NCBI GenBank assembly: GCA_951406725.2
Contig: OX597833.1
Coordinates: forward strand, 46,128,001-46,192,000
Length of the DNA: 64,000 nucleotides
Reading direction: 5' to 3'
Source: Octopus vulgaris
Taxonomy: Eukaryota
Shown: positions 27,396 through 41,045 of the stretch, piece by piece
How positions within the stretch are numbered: position 1 is the first letter of the stretch
Layout of the letters: each line of letters opens with the position of its first letter
Position numbers and translations under genes: made by a program
Notes under the pieces: generated by a model
Told to the model about the DNA's origin: nothing
What the model saw: only the letters and a program-made list of their open reading frames with translations
The model's database searches: none

Positions 27396-27686
27396 AATGG
27401 GAGAGAGAGAGAGAGAATGAGAGAGAGGGAGAGAAGGAGAAACACACAGAAAGACAGACAGCAAGGGACGTCTGTTGAACATATCGACGCCGGGACGATT
27501 TTTTAAGCGTAGTATTTATTCTATCGATTTCTATCGATACCTGCATCGGTTGTCAAGCGGTGATGGGAGAAAACACAGACACAAAGACACACATACATCA
27601 TATATATATATGTGATCTCTCGAGCACCACCAGCAAAAAAATTTTTTTGCTCTGTCTTCCCTTCTCTGGATCTTTCCTTCTCCTTT

Positions 27687-27721
27687 GTTTCCGACGAAGA
27701 GCTCCGCTCGAAACGTTAAAC
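27687..27721 (+). ncRNA. Minimal hammerhead-ribozyme-like motif in a (TA)n-flanked element (~27612-27818)
   Basis: GTTT-CCGACGA-A-GAGC-TCC-GCTC-GAAACGTT-AAAC; palindromic stem III; core position 4 deviates (C for U). Confidence 0.6.
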
Positions 27722-27814
27722 CCTCCTTCCCTTCTTTCCTGAGCGTCAAATAATACTTTAATTGTTCCACGTCCTCGCGCTGCTGTGTTTTTTTCTGTGT
27801 TTTCTTGTTTGGAT

Positions 27815-27849
<35 letters not shown>

Positions 27850-27936
27850 AGAATTCATGGAAAAAACAAAAGAGGAAGACAGGTGGTGTAGACAACAAAC
27901 AGATGTATTAGTATAACGCTCGGGAAGTGAAAAAGC

Positions 27937-27972
27937 CTTTAACGTTTCGAGCCTACGCTCTTCCACAGAAAG
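27937..27972 (-). ncRNA. Minimal hammerhead-ribozyme-like motif in a (TA)n-flanked element (~27847-28040)
   Basis: Minus strand CTTT-CTGTGGA-A-GAGC-GTAG-GCTC-GAAACGTT-AAAG; core position 6 deviates. Confidence 0.6.
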
Positions 27973-28040
27973 AAACATAGAAAGAAACAAGGAGAGAAAA
28001 TAAAGAATGTGTTGTGGCTAGCGATCCATCATGGCGAATG

Positions 28041-28200
<160 letters not shown>

Positions 28201-28229
28201 TATAACATATATATATACATAGATACACA

Positions 28230-28263
<34 letters not shown>

Positions 28264-28730
28264 ACCGATGTTGACAACTGATGGTTGTATGTTTTTTACG
28301 TCCACTTAACTTAGTGGTTCGGCAAAGAGACCGATAGTATAAGTACTAGGCTTACAAAGAATAAGTCCACGGTCCATTTGTTCGACAAAAGGCGGTGCTC
28401 CAGCATGGTCGCTGTCAAATGACTGAAAGCAGTAGAAGAATATACGAGAGGCTTCTTTCAGTTACCGTCTACTAATTTTGATCGATGCACGCTATGGATT
28501 ACTGTCAATAAATAAACACTGCTGCAGTGTTGTTGCTGTTGATGGTGTGGTCGTTGTTGTTGTTGTTGCTGTTGTTTTAGTTGACGTTATTTCCGATATC
28601 TATTTATAGAGACACGAGTTGATTACCGCGAATCAATCCTTTCCTATGCGGACAGACGATGTTACTGAAACATAATCTGCTCAATAAGTGCATGTGTGTA
28701 ACGCCGTGTATGTGAGGGTAGTGCATGCGT

Positions 28731-28777
<47 letters not shown>

Positions 28778-28956
28778 AGAGAGAAGGAGGGAGTATAGAG
28801 TGTGAGTGAGTGTGCGTGCACGCGTGTCGATTTGTATTTATACATGAATACATTCCAGATGCAACTCTGACTCATATGCACACACACGTGCACTCACACA
28901 TATGCACGCAAATAATATCAGCTATCACAGCTAAGGGCTTACAAGAGCACCACCTT

Positions 28957-28994
<38 letters not shown>

Positions 28995-28996
<2 letters not shown>

Positions 28997-29157
28997 CGCA
29001 GGAGTGGCTGTGTGGTAAGTAGCTTGCTTACCAACCACATGGTTCCGGGTTCAGTCCCACTGCATGGCATCTTGGGCAAGTGTCTTCTGCTATAGCCCCG
29101 GGCCGACCAATGCCTTGTGAGTGGATTTGGTAGACGGAAACTGAAAGAAGCCTGTCG

Positions 29158-29224
<67 letters not shown>

Positions 29225-29455
29225 ATGTATGTGTGTGTTTGTGTATGTGTGTTTCTCCCACTAGCATTGCTTCACAACTGATGCTGGTGTGTTTACGTCC
29301 CCGTCACTTAGCTGTTCGGCAAAAGAGACCGATAGAATAAGTACTGGGCTTACAAAGAATAAGTCCCGGGGTCGATTTGCTCGACTAAAGGCGGTGCTCC
29401 AGCATGGCCGCAGTCAAATGACTGAAACAAGTAAAAGAGTAAAGAGTAAAAGAGT
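28995..29455 (+). mobile_element. SINE A, full length
   Basis: Matches the family. Confidence 0.9.
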
Positions 29456-29489
29456 ATACATACATACATACATATATAATATATATATA

Positions 29490-29885
29490 TATTCTTTTAC
29501 TTGTTTCAGATATTTGATTGCGGCCACGCTGGAGCACCGCCTTTAGTCGAACAATTCGACCCCTGGACTTTCTCTTTGTAAGTCTAGTACTTATTCTATC
29601 GTTCTCTTTTGCCAAACTGCTAAGTTACGGGGACGTAAACACACCGACATCGGTGGTCAAGCGGTGGTGGAGCGACAAACATAGACACACAAACACACAC
29701 ACACACACACACACACATACACATACATATACGACGGGCTTCTTTCAGTTTCCGTCTACCAAATCCACTCACAAGGCTTTAGTCGGCCCGAGGCTATAAT
29801 AGAAGACACTGGCCCAAGGTGCCACGCAGTGGGACTGAACCCGTAACCATGTGGTTAGGAAGCAAGTTTCTTACCACACAACCAC
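29490..29885 (-). mobile_element. SINE A, full length, tail-to-tail with the previous copy
   Basis: Reverse-complement match. Confidence 0.9.
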
Positions 29886-29928
29886 GGAAAAAGAAAATCG
29901 AGAAATCGACAAATTGACATCAATTTAT

Positions 29929-30009
<81 letters not shown>

Positions 30010-30480
30010 TGTACGCTGGCGAAAATAAATTTTAGACCGATGATAGAAGTTCTATTTCTTACAAAATATTTTGTTACTAACACCATACAAATTATTTTTA
30101 TCTTTTACACCTTATGCAGAATTTGTTTCTTTTTTGAATGATGCTGACAATAACTATTTTTATACAACTTGAATAATTCTAATGCTAATATAAACGTTTC
30201 AAATTTACCGGCAAAATTAGAATGAAAGTTGAATACTTCCTCATCGAAGGTGGTTTAGGTTTAGGTCTAGGATGTCCTCTACCCAAGAGATCTACTAAAA
30301 TAAACAAATTGTACCGAATGCAAAACTTCAAAGCAAGTCATTTAAAAACAGAATTTAGTTACATATCACCTGTGATTTCGCAATCAATGCAGAATATACA
30401 TTCTATGCTCTTCAGTGCAACGAACTCAAGACATGTAAGGAAAAAACACAATATAGCATACCCGGAATTATAATATAAAC

Positions 30481-30531
<51 letters not shown>

Positions 30532-30899
30532 CTTTTTAAAATTGCTCTCTTTTAAACCCTTTTGTTTTTGTTTTTTCGCGAAGTCTACTCAACTCCTTCG
30601 TTCTTCGATGTATTTTTACTTTTCTTCCTATCTTCATTCAAAAGTTGATAAACTATACCGGTGTAAGGGGAATTTTCGTTTCCCATTCTTGCTGCTATTG
30701 TTGTACATAACACTCTCTATTTGTTTCCTCTACAAATGATGGCTGAGAGAGAGAAAATCTTCTAGAGTCTCCTGATTAACTACTGAAAACAAGGAGGACG
30801 CGATTCTAGGCTAATGCTAACTCATGCCCTAGTTCTACGTTAGGAACAACAGCCCGTATCGTTGGTTGTCGTCGTTTCTTTCAGGTTTTCTGGGCTTGG

Positions 30900-31615
30900 T
30901 CAAGGAATCTTTAAATGGCTTTTACAATCATTTGTACAACGGTTGAGCTTTCTGCTTTGGATGCATTGTCTTAAGTAGTTCCTTTCAGTACTCACTACGG
31001 GGAATAACTCTGGAATTGGGATTGTTTTGTGGTCTTACAGAATCATGAAAACTCGTATATCTATTGTGACCCTACTCGATCACATACCTCCGAAGGTTAG
31101 ATCGGTGCTGAGGATTGCACCACAAAAGTGACCATGAACCAAGTGTCAACGTCGTCATCTAAGGCCTTGATCGTGATCCCCGTGTTCCTTCTTCCTAAAT
31201 GTGAAACAGTAGTGAGTGGTGAGGTGGCAGTCCAACCCGGGTAGACGCTTTTAAGGGGCAACTCTTTAGATGTGCTGTATAAGCCTGCGTCGTCTTGGGG
31301 GACCGTCAAAGGTGAAAAATATCAAGGTCTACCCCGATTGGTACGCGCTTTAGCTCTGCCACTGTGTGCCACCAGTTTATGAGCAGCTGTGACTCTAGTA
31401 TTTGGGCTTGTCTTTTCGCCTGACCCCGGCCTTGTTTTCTATTTTGAATAAAATGCATGCGGTGCCGTAGACTCTCTCCCCCTCCTCTTTCCTCTCCTCC
31501 CCTCCTCTCTCTCTCTCTCTCTATTTCTCTCTCTTTCTCTCTCTGTGAATCAAGGAGATTTCGTGCTCCTTGGATGAAACAATAAAAGTCCCTGCGACCT
31601 TGGTATGACACAGCT
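30900..31615 (-). mobile_element. Possible decayed LINE 5' region or ORF1 fragment
   Basis: GC-richer non-repetitive block with a broken ORF (SHLGRRNTGITIKALDDDVDTWF); assignment is a weak impression. Confidence 0.25.
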
Positions 31616-32142
31616 ACGTTACTCTTCTCATTCTGAAGTGCCTAAATAACAAATTCTGACAGAAAGGTGCCTTGTCGTATAAGCAAAATCCCCATCCAGA
31701 AGTTTTTTCTATCTGTGAAACGAAACATGTTAAGGGATTTCGTAGAGAAAAGTACATATACACAAACAATAAGGTCTGGTTTATATTTACAACCATTTCA
31801 CCCAACAGAGTACGTATGTACGGACGAATATTTCGTTTTTATGGTGAGTGAGTGAGTTTTCGAAACCAGTTAAATTACTGCTGCTCTGTTTGTTTTTCTT
31901 CTGTCCGTGTGTCTGTAGGTTGTGTGCTATTAAGCCTTCATTTTGACTGTTTTTCTTTTCACAAATCTGCACTAACACACGCACGATCTCACGCGCGCGC
32001 GCGCACACACACACACATACACACATATAATGGTGTGGGGTGTGTCAATCTGTTTGTTTCAAAGGGGCGTATTTGTTATTCTTTGTGCTTCTCAACACTA
32101 AAGCACATTGCGTAACTCAGAAAAACACTTACGAGCCACATT

Positions 32143-32292
32143 CACCCCCATCCACCCCATCCACCCCACCTACCCCATCTACCCCATTCACCCCATCCAC
32201 CCCATCCACCCCATCCACCCCATCCACCCCATCCACCCCATCTACCCCATCCACCCCATCCACCCCATCTACCCCATCTACCCCATCCACCC
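32143..32292. repeat. 9-bp minisatellite (ACCCCATCY)n, ~16 units
   Basis: Direct reading. Confidence 0.92.
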
Positions 32293-32517
32293 AGCAAAAT
32301 AACAATTCTCATTTAAACTTATTCTACAAATCAAAACAGAACAAACACTGAAGCCACATCAGAAACAACAAACCAAAATCCCAGAACAAAGGCAAAATGG
32401 TTGTTGTATATATATATATTACACACGCAATTCTACACCATCGAAAGAAAATGTTGCATTACATCTCACGAACACCCGAACACAGAGTTGCACCCGGTGG
32501 CGCAGTAGAAATTCACT

Positions 32518-33195
32518 GCCGTCGTCGTCGTCGTCGTTGTTGTTGCTGATGATGATGGTGATGATGGTGATGATGTTGATGATGATGACGACGACGGACG
32601 ACGGCAACACTGCTGACGGTGGTGGTGGTGGTGGTGGTGGTGTTGATGATAATGATGACGATGACGACGACGATGATGATGTGGATGATGTTGATGATAA
32701 CGACGACGGATGACGACGATGGTAACACTGCTGACGGTGGTGGTGGTGGTGGTGGTGGTGGTGGTGGTCGTCGTCGTCGTCGTGTAGGCGGCGGCGGTGG
32801 TGGTGGTGATGATGACGACGACGGTAACAGTGCTGACGGTGGTGGTGGTGGTGGTGGTGGTGGTGGGGATGTAGGCGGCGGCGGCGGTGGTGGTGGTGAT
32901 GATGATGACGACGACGACGACGACGATGACGATGATGATGACGACGGATGACGACGACGGTAACACTGATGACGGTGGTGGTGGTGGTGGTGGTGGTGGT
33001 GGTGGTGGAAGTGGTGGCGGCGGTGGTGGAGGTGGTGGTGATGATAATGACGACGACGATGACGACGACGACGATGATGATGATGTGGATGATATTGATG
33101 ATGATGACGACGACGGGCGACGACGATGGTAACACTGCTGCCGGTGATGGTAGTGGCGGTGGTGGTGGTGGTGGTGTTGATGATTACGACGACGT
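32518..33195. repeat. Higher-order repeat built from GAT/GAC/GGT triplets
   Basis: Anchor GGTAACACTGCTGACGGTGG recurs with variants at ~32603, 32721, 32823, 32959 and 33128. Confidence 0.85.
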
Positions 33196-33352
33196 TAAAG
33201 AAAGACAATGGGGTTTTGCAGTATGTATGACGGCTACACGGACGAAGTTATGTAAAAACGTGGGAGAAAATGGAAGCAAGAGACAATTTTAAAAATTTAA
33301 TAAAATTCAAACTAAATATAAATATAACATAAAACAACATTACATAATAATA

Positions 33353-33493
33353 TTAGGTTGTCCCAAAAGTTCGTAAACACTTGCGAAAATTGAATTTTTA
33401 CTCGTCAAGTACTAACAAAAACAACAAAAAATAATCCTCAAAATAAAGACCATTATTTTCCAAGACTTTCTACGAACTTTTGGGACAACCTTA
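33353..33493. mobile_element. Mariner-type MITE (~140 bp)
   Basis: TIRs AGGTTGTCCCAAAAGTTCGTA / TACGAACTTTTGGGACAACCT with TA flanks. Confidence 0.85.
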
Positions 33494-34472
33494 TAGATAA
33501 TAACACGCAGTAAAACATTTAGGGTTACCCGCCCATACATGGCTAGAAACACATTGGCTACGTTAGTCTGCAACACTCCATTACTCTGCCTTCCTGCCGT
33601 TCCTTGTACTGAGTTCTGGTGCACCCAAAGGTGCATTTTGAGGTTAGAACGGATTAGTAATAATCTCAATGTGTTCGTGTTCACTTTTTCTCATGTACTT
33701 ATAAGCTCACAGCGATAACTTTATTAACGTTCTGTCGTTCGAAAACCTAAAACTGTCTTCTGAAAATATTTCACTTATAAAATTGCAAGATGTTTTGATC
33801 AACGCCTTTGTTTTCCTGTCGCTCCAGTAGGAACTCAATATCTTCCTGAGAAAGTCAAGACCCCCTCAAACATTTTCGTCTCTTTTTTTTTCGAGGGGGA
33901 AGATGAGTTACTCTTCTTTTTGAGCTGTTCCTTTATTTTTAATATGTCTATATTTACAGTGTACACCCTTATATTTCTCTTTCCTGTATACTGGGGTACA
34001 AATATATGGACGGACGTATGCCTATTTCAGCTTGCATTTTGTTTGAGTCTCCGGTCTGGATGTACAGTAAACAGTATCATAAGTGTTAACTATCTTGTTT
34101 GAGAGAGAATATTGCCAAATATTTTGTGTAGTGGTTTCTTCTTTTTCAAGTTGCTGTTTCAAAGAGTGGAACTTCCACGCTATCCTTTTTAAAACACAAA
34201 TGTCATTTTTTTTTTTTGCTCTTTCTTCTTGGATTACAACATGGGAGACTGGGACAAAGATTCTGACTTCTGCCAGTTAATTCTTTTTCTGTGAATTTGG
34301 TCAAATCTAAAACTCTTCAGAGAAACACTAGGCGCGGAATAAAAAGTGGGATGGTCTCGGCTTGAACGTCTTTAATTATAGATTTGCTCAAACTGAGATA
34401 ACATTGTTTTTATACAATAAAAAAAACAAAAAAAACAATGTCTTCAATAACTACAATAACACTAATATATTT

Positions 34473-34854
34473 GGAAGCACTCCGTCGGTTACGACGACGA
34501 GGGTTCCGGTTGAACCGAATCAACGGAACAGCCTGCTCGTGAAATTAACGTGTAAGTGGCTGAGCACTCCACAGACACGTGTACCCTTAACGTAGTTCTC
34601 GGGGATATTCAGCGTGACACAGAGAGTGACAAGGTCGGCCCTTTGAAATACAGGTACAACAGAAACAGGAAGTAAGAGTGAGAGAAAGTTGTGGTGAAAG
34701 AGTACAGCAGGGATCACCACCATCCCCTGCCGGAGCCTCGTGGAGCTTTTGGTGTTTTCGCTCAATAAACACTCACAACGCCCGGTCTGGGAATCGAAAC
34801 CGCGATCCTATGACCGCGAGTCCGCTGCCCTAACCACTGGGCCATTGCGCCTCC
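34473..34854 (-). mobile_element. SINE C, full length, ~14-bp TSD
   Basis: Reverse complement of the 8997-9384 family; ACACTAATATATTT at 34459-34472 and 34855-34868. Confidence 0.92.
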
Positions 34855-35610
34855 ACACTAATATATTTATATCCTATTTAAACTTTACAATGTTTCTGTT
34901 CTGTTTATCTGAAATGCACCCACAGTATATCTAGGCCGTCATGCTTCAAATATTTCCTTTCAAATCCTAAATACTGAGAGCTGCAACTGCAGCAACAACT
35001 ACGACCTCTGAACCTGATGAAAGGCTTAGTCAGAAAAACAAAGCAACTAAGAAATAGACTGGCACACCCACAGGTATATCAAGCTCAAACAACGGACTTT
35101 CTACAACATAGTTTACCAACTTAGGGAGCTAGCAACTCTGGTTCTGCTCAAATTAACTTCAGTGGGCTGAAGACATTTGAATCAAACTGACTACCACTAG
35201 AAGAAATTTAAACTCGGGATCTGGCTACATCCACAGATTCCCTGACGTGCGTTTCTGGTTTAGCTTTCCTCAGTGGGAAACGCTGAAGAGGGAAGCACTG
35301 GGCAGATATAATGTTTTTATAACTTTTACCATAAGAAAGAATGTTCTCTCCACAACAGCTGCAGTGAACTTGCCTTTAAAAGTTTGAATATGTCACGAAC
35401 GTATTTTAACTAACATAAAGTTCGAATATATATATATATATATATATAATTTGTTCACGGGAAACGTAGGTTCTATACCATTATGCAGGCTACAGTCTAA
35501 TGAGGCTTAAGAAATATGTGATTTGTGGAAACGCGCGTAGCCATGTATTAAATGTTTGTAAATTCCATCCAAGGATTGTTGTTATTACTATATACATACA
35601 TACATACATA

Positions 35611-35659
<49 letters not shown>

Positions 35660-35698
35660 GAATACATACGCATACATATATACATACATACATACATG

Positions 35699-35731
<33 letters not shown>

Positions 35732-36369
35732 CTATATATGTGCGTTTGTCATAATCTTTGCCTCCCCATCTGCTTGACAACCGGGGTTGGTTTGTTTACG
35801 TTCCCGTAACTTAGCAGTTCGGCAAGAAAGTCTGACAGTTTAAGTACCAAACTTAAAAATAAATAATAAATAATAATAATAAATAGATAAATTAATTAAT
35901 TAATTAATTAATTGATTAATTAATAAAGCATGAACTAGAGTCGATTTGATTTGATTGATCTGCAAAAGTACTTGAAGACGCTGCTACAGCATGGTCGCAA
36001 TTCAATAATTGAAATAAGTAAAAGAATAACGTATATGCTTTTAGTATTTTGTCGTTCCAATGATTAACTGAATACTTTAAATTTTTGTACCTTGTGTTTT
36101 TTTAATACCTGATCAGGTCATGCCCTTGCGCTAAACAAGGAAGATATCTGCAATACTAATAACAATAGCAATTGCACAACTGAAACAGCCGCAGCTGCAT
36201 TAACCTTTAGAGCTCGGTGAAATGTAAACCAGCAATCACAGGGTCAGCCAATCGCGGAGTATCAAGAAGATCCGGTTTGAATTGCAGTAAGACTATATGC
36301 AAAGAAAATCTATTGAAAAAGCGAAAAATACCAAGAAAAGCTATGTTGCTACCTATGTTAAAGCCCACG

Positions 36370-36508
36370 CAACTACTACTACTACTACTACAACCACCGC
36401 CACCACTACTAGTACTACAACCACCACCAACAAAACCAACACCACTACTACAACTACTACCACCACGATCACGACCACCACCAACACCACCACCACCACG
36501 ACCACCAA

Positions 36509-36553
<45 letters not shown>

Positions 36554-36584
36554 AATCACCACCACCACCACCACCACCACCACC

Positions 36585-36618
<34 letters not shown>

Positions 36619-36682
36619 TAAAATGTAAAATATTTGGCGGTTGTTGTTGCTGCTGCTTCTGCTGCTGGTGCTGCTGCTGCCA
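36370..36682. repeat. Compound (ACT/ACC/GCT)n repeats
   Basis: Direct reading. Confidence 0.9.
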
Positions 36683-36918
36683 GCCAATGAAGAAACCTCT
36701 AAGCAGTCGGTTACCCGGTTTAATAAAAATGGCAACCAAATTTCTATAAAAGTCACTCTTTGATAAAGAAGGGCATACATTGATTACAGGAAAGTCTTGC
36801 TAGTACAAGATTAAAAGCGGGATGGTCATGATTGGGATACCTTTAGCTATAGTGTCCTGAGGATAAACAATAACAGCAACAACAACAACAACTACTACTA
36901 CTACTACTACTACTACTG

Positions 36919-36956
<38 letters not shown>

Positions 36957-37708
36957 ATTAAATGTAAAATATTTGGCGGCTGATCCAATTTTTGACGGTT
37001 TGTCTTATCATATTTCACCTACGCAGAAGCATGGCTAATTAAAATACATGCCTTTAGAGTCTATCTCGAGTTGTTAGTAAATTTTAATGGCTAAATTATG
37101 CTGTTGATTTTTTCCTAGGGAGAAAGATACGTTATAGTTTTTTTTTGTAAAATATCTCTTAACGAAAGATTGGCCGATCATTTGGTTTCCTCTCTAGTCA
37201 TCGAGCCACGTGAGTGAGGAATTTGGTGAAAATGAGAAAATTAAAATTAAAATAAATATCGAAGTAGAAGGACAAGATTGAATTGGATAAGTGTTAGCCG
37301 ATATGAAAGTGCGTTGAAGAAAAATTTCTTCGGAGATTTTAATGTCATCAAACGGCAATCTGAATTGAGATGCTACTTGGGTGTACTTTTCTTTTCCTCT
37401 TCAAAGAGAAACACACAGAGGCAAAACAAAAACTATCATCAATAATATAATATAGTGCTTAAGTTTAATTGAACTCCTCAACTGTGAAAATAATTACGCT
37501 TGTGTACAGAACTACATCTATTCTCGTTTTTCACGAGGGGATGGTTCCTAAAAAACAGTGATATATGTATCAGTGATAAATGAATAATCTCTACACAGCT
37601 TATAAATGGAATAAACGGTAGATTCATTGATATCAAGCCCGCAGCCCACAACAGTGTGGCTTCCATCATCACGTATTTTTTTTATCAACCCTAACTTTTT
37701 CTCTAGAG

Positions 37709-37829
37709 CAAGGGTTCTCAACCGTTTTTTAAATCCATGGAATCTACAAAATATTGTAGATTCTCAGTTTACTATTTTGCAGAGTGAACCCTCCCCGAAC
37801 CCTATATAGACCCCGGTTGAGAACCACTG
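37709..37829. mobile_element. hAT-Charlie-type MITE, 121 bp, 8-bp TSD
   Basis: TIRs CAAGGGTTCTCAACC / GGTTGAGAACCACTG; TSD CTCTAGAG at 37701-37708 and 37830-37837. Confidence 0.92.
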
Positions 37830-38136
37830 CTCTAGAGAATACACTCTTTTGCGTCGTTTGTTAGGATCAAGCACCTTCGTATTTTTTTTTGTTCACTGGT
37901 CTCATGTTGATTGGTGCGAATACGCAAATCCGTACAAGAAATACGCAGCCTCACACCATAGGAATATAAACACAAGCAATGGTCAGAGTGTTCTGGCTAG
38001 CTGAGAATTGCAGACTGTCGCTGGGGATCGCTTTCGCAGAATATTCGACTGATTGCCGACCCGTGTTATCTCAGATTTATTCGTGATAAGCGTAACCTGG
38101 TTTACAATATATAGTTTGCACCTATAGATAGATAGA

Positions 38137-38482
38137 TATGTTTCTTTATTAGCCACACAGGGCTGCACACAGACAGAACAAATTACAAGGTAGAGCTTTT
38201 CTTTTGGGGGTAAAAAAAAGGGGGGTTGGTTTTCGATCAAAAGGGATCGTAAAAGGAAAGAAAGAGGACAAAAAAAGGGGGAGAGGGAAAAGAAAAAAAG
38301 AAAAGGGGAGAGGAAAAAAAGTTGATCAATAGGGATCGTAATCACAGAAATGTCAATATGAAGTGTAAAGGGGAGGACAGGTGAGGTTTACCCGTGGAAA
38401 GAAAAGCCTACGGAAAATACCACGGTAACCTCGGTCAATGAAGTCACATGTTATATTTCTTTCTTTTAATTTTTTTTTTTGC

Positions 38483-38484
<2 letters not shown>
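38137..38484 (-). mobile_element. Retroelement 3' end within (TAGA)n, tail similar to SINE B tail-2
   Basis: Minus strand ends TGTGTGCAGCCCTGTGTGGCTAATAAAGAAACATA then (TCTA)n; TAGA repeats on both sides. Confidence 0.55.
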
Positions 38485-38574
<90 letters not shown>

Positions 38575-38946
38575 GAAGATAGATACACACACACCTGTGT
38601 GTGCGTGTCATTCTATCATTATATTACGTCTTTCGAAATTTATAACCATTCTTATGACGTCAACAACATACAATTTTCGTAGGTAAGAATAGGCTGTCCA
38701 CCATGTTTACATAGACGTCATATCGCCATTACCACGAAGAATGTGTTCTCAAGAAAGATCTCAGCAAAAAACCAAAATGTGACGTCTATGCTTAGCATAT
38801 AGGCTTTCCACTTTAATGGTCAGTCCTCTAAATTTTGTATGTAACACAATTTTTAATCTTCGGATTTTTTAAATACGCTAAGCCACTGGTTTTAATTGAT
38901 TAATATCAATTTCTACCCTTATTATTTAATTATATATATATATATG

Positions 38947-38984
<38 letters not shown>

Positions 38985-39218
38985 AAACAACACACGATGA
39001 GGGATTTAAGATACGTCGTACACCCTGGAGTATACCAGCAACGTACAATCAACGTAACGTGTGCTTCGGACCAGCCCCTAGACGCTAAATACTCATAGGG
39101 TTGGTTTTCTCTGTGTACAGAACCTGAATATCCTATTTGATATTTATCCAACCCTACTTGGTGCATATCTTTTCAAGGAACCGATTCAATCGAAATCATC
39201 ATCATCATCATCATCATA

Positions 39219-39293
<75 letters not shown>

Positions 39294-39601
39294 GTTGTTG
39301 TTATTGTTATTATGTAGTTGTTTTTCTCTTTACGAGATCAGCGACTGTGTGCTGCTTTAAAAATATATACTCTGAGCAAGGTCGAGCGGCTGCCTTCTCT
39401 AGCCAGCGATTGTCCTGTACCGAGGAAAAGAAATAACCCAGAAAACATTGGTCTACAGGTATAGCTAGGGCTAGAAAGGGAGCGATAAACTCACTTGCTC
39501 ACAGTATAGGGACACAGAACATGTGTGAGTAGCCAGCTGGAAAAGATGCGTTCCTGTGGCTAATGTATGTGTGTGTGTGTATGGTAAAGTCTACTAAAGT
39601 T

Positions 39602-39640
<39 letters not shown>

Positions 39641-39642
<2 letters not shown>

Positions 39643-40030
39643 CGCAGGAGTGGCTGTGTGGTAAGTAGCTTGCTTACCAACCACATGGTTCCGGGTTCAG
39701 TCCCACTGCGTGGCATCTTGGGCAAGTGTCTTCTGCTATAGCCCCAGGCCGACCAATGCCTTGTGAGTGGATTTGGTAGACGGAAACTGAAAGAAACCTG
39801 TCGTATATATATGTATGTGTGTGTATATATTTGTGTGTCTGTGTTTGTCCCCCTAGCATTGCTTGACAACCGATGCTGGTGTGTTTATGTCCCCGTCACT
39901 TAGCGGTTCGGCAAAAGAGACCGATAGAATAGTACTGGGCTTACAAAGAATAAGTCCCGGGGTCGATCTGCTCGTCTAAAGGAGGCGCTCTAGCATGGCC
40001 GCAGTCAAATGACTGAAACAAGTAAAAGAG
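39641..40030 (+). mobile_element. SINE A, full length
   Basis: Matches the family. Confidence 0.9.
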
Positions 40031-40344
40031 AGATAACAGAGAGATATATAGCTATGTCACGAGTAATTTTGCTTGTGTGCGTCTGTGTTTGTGTGTATGT
40101 GTACATTTGTTTATGTATGTCATTTTGCGTAGATAAACAGACTGACATATATGTGTGTATGCCTAACAGACCGTGTTATTGCTTCTATATTTGTGTTATT
40201 TACATATCAGACGCGCGGTGAATTTAGATTGTGTCAGCCATCTTTCTTTGTAGCTTTACTAACTAGAGGAGTGTCACTGTGTATAACTAGTGCACAGCTC
40301 GACTCAGATCGAGACTGACCGATGTGGGTGGTGTGATATACTCC

Positions 40345-41045
40345 TTTCTTTTACTCGTTTCAGTCATTGGACTGCAGCCAGGCTGGAGTCCCGCCATGCT
40401 GGAGCATCGTCATGCTGTAGCACCGCTTTAAAGGGTTTTTTAGTCGAAGAAATCGACTCTAGGACTTATTCTATGTAAGCCTACATACATATGTTCCACT
40501 TACAAGGCTTGGCCGACCCGAGGCTATAGTAGAAGACACTTGCCCAAGGTGTCACGCAGTGGGACTGAGCCCGATACCATGTAGTTGGTAAGCAAGCTTC
40601 TTATCACACAGCCATTCCTGCGCCTATGTATGTATGCATTAATCATATATTACGTTATATATTTTATGGTCTTGCTTTCCGTTGTTTTATTTGTTTCTAT
40701 TATTGCACTGTGGCCAGGGAGGTTTAGTCGAAAGAAATCGGCTCCAGTACTTATTGCTTAAGTCTGGAACTAATTCTATTATCCTTTTGCCGAACCGCTA
40801 AGTCACGGGGACGTAAACAAACCGACAGCATCGGATACCGAGCGGTGGCATGACAAAGACGGATACACACACATGCTCATATGTGTGTATGTGAGAGAGA
40901 GAGTGTGTGTGTGTGTGTGAATGCGCACACACACACACACACACACACTTGATGGGTCTCCACACAGTTTCCGTCGCCCAAATTCACTTACAAGGCATTG
41001 GTTGGCCCGAGGCCATAACCGAAGACGCTTGCCCAGGGTGCCGAA
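40345..41045 (-). mobile_element. Two degenerate SINE A copies
   Basis: Tail and head segments at ~40345-40625 and ~40700-41045. Confidence 0.7.

Noticed and set aside
35012-35040. Hammerhead-like CTGATGA...GAAA
   Set aside because: Weak stem II, no convincing stem I or III, no TA-flanked element context
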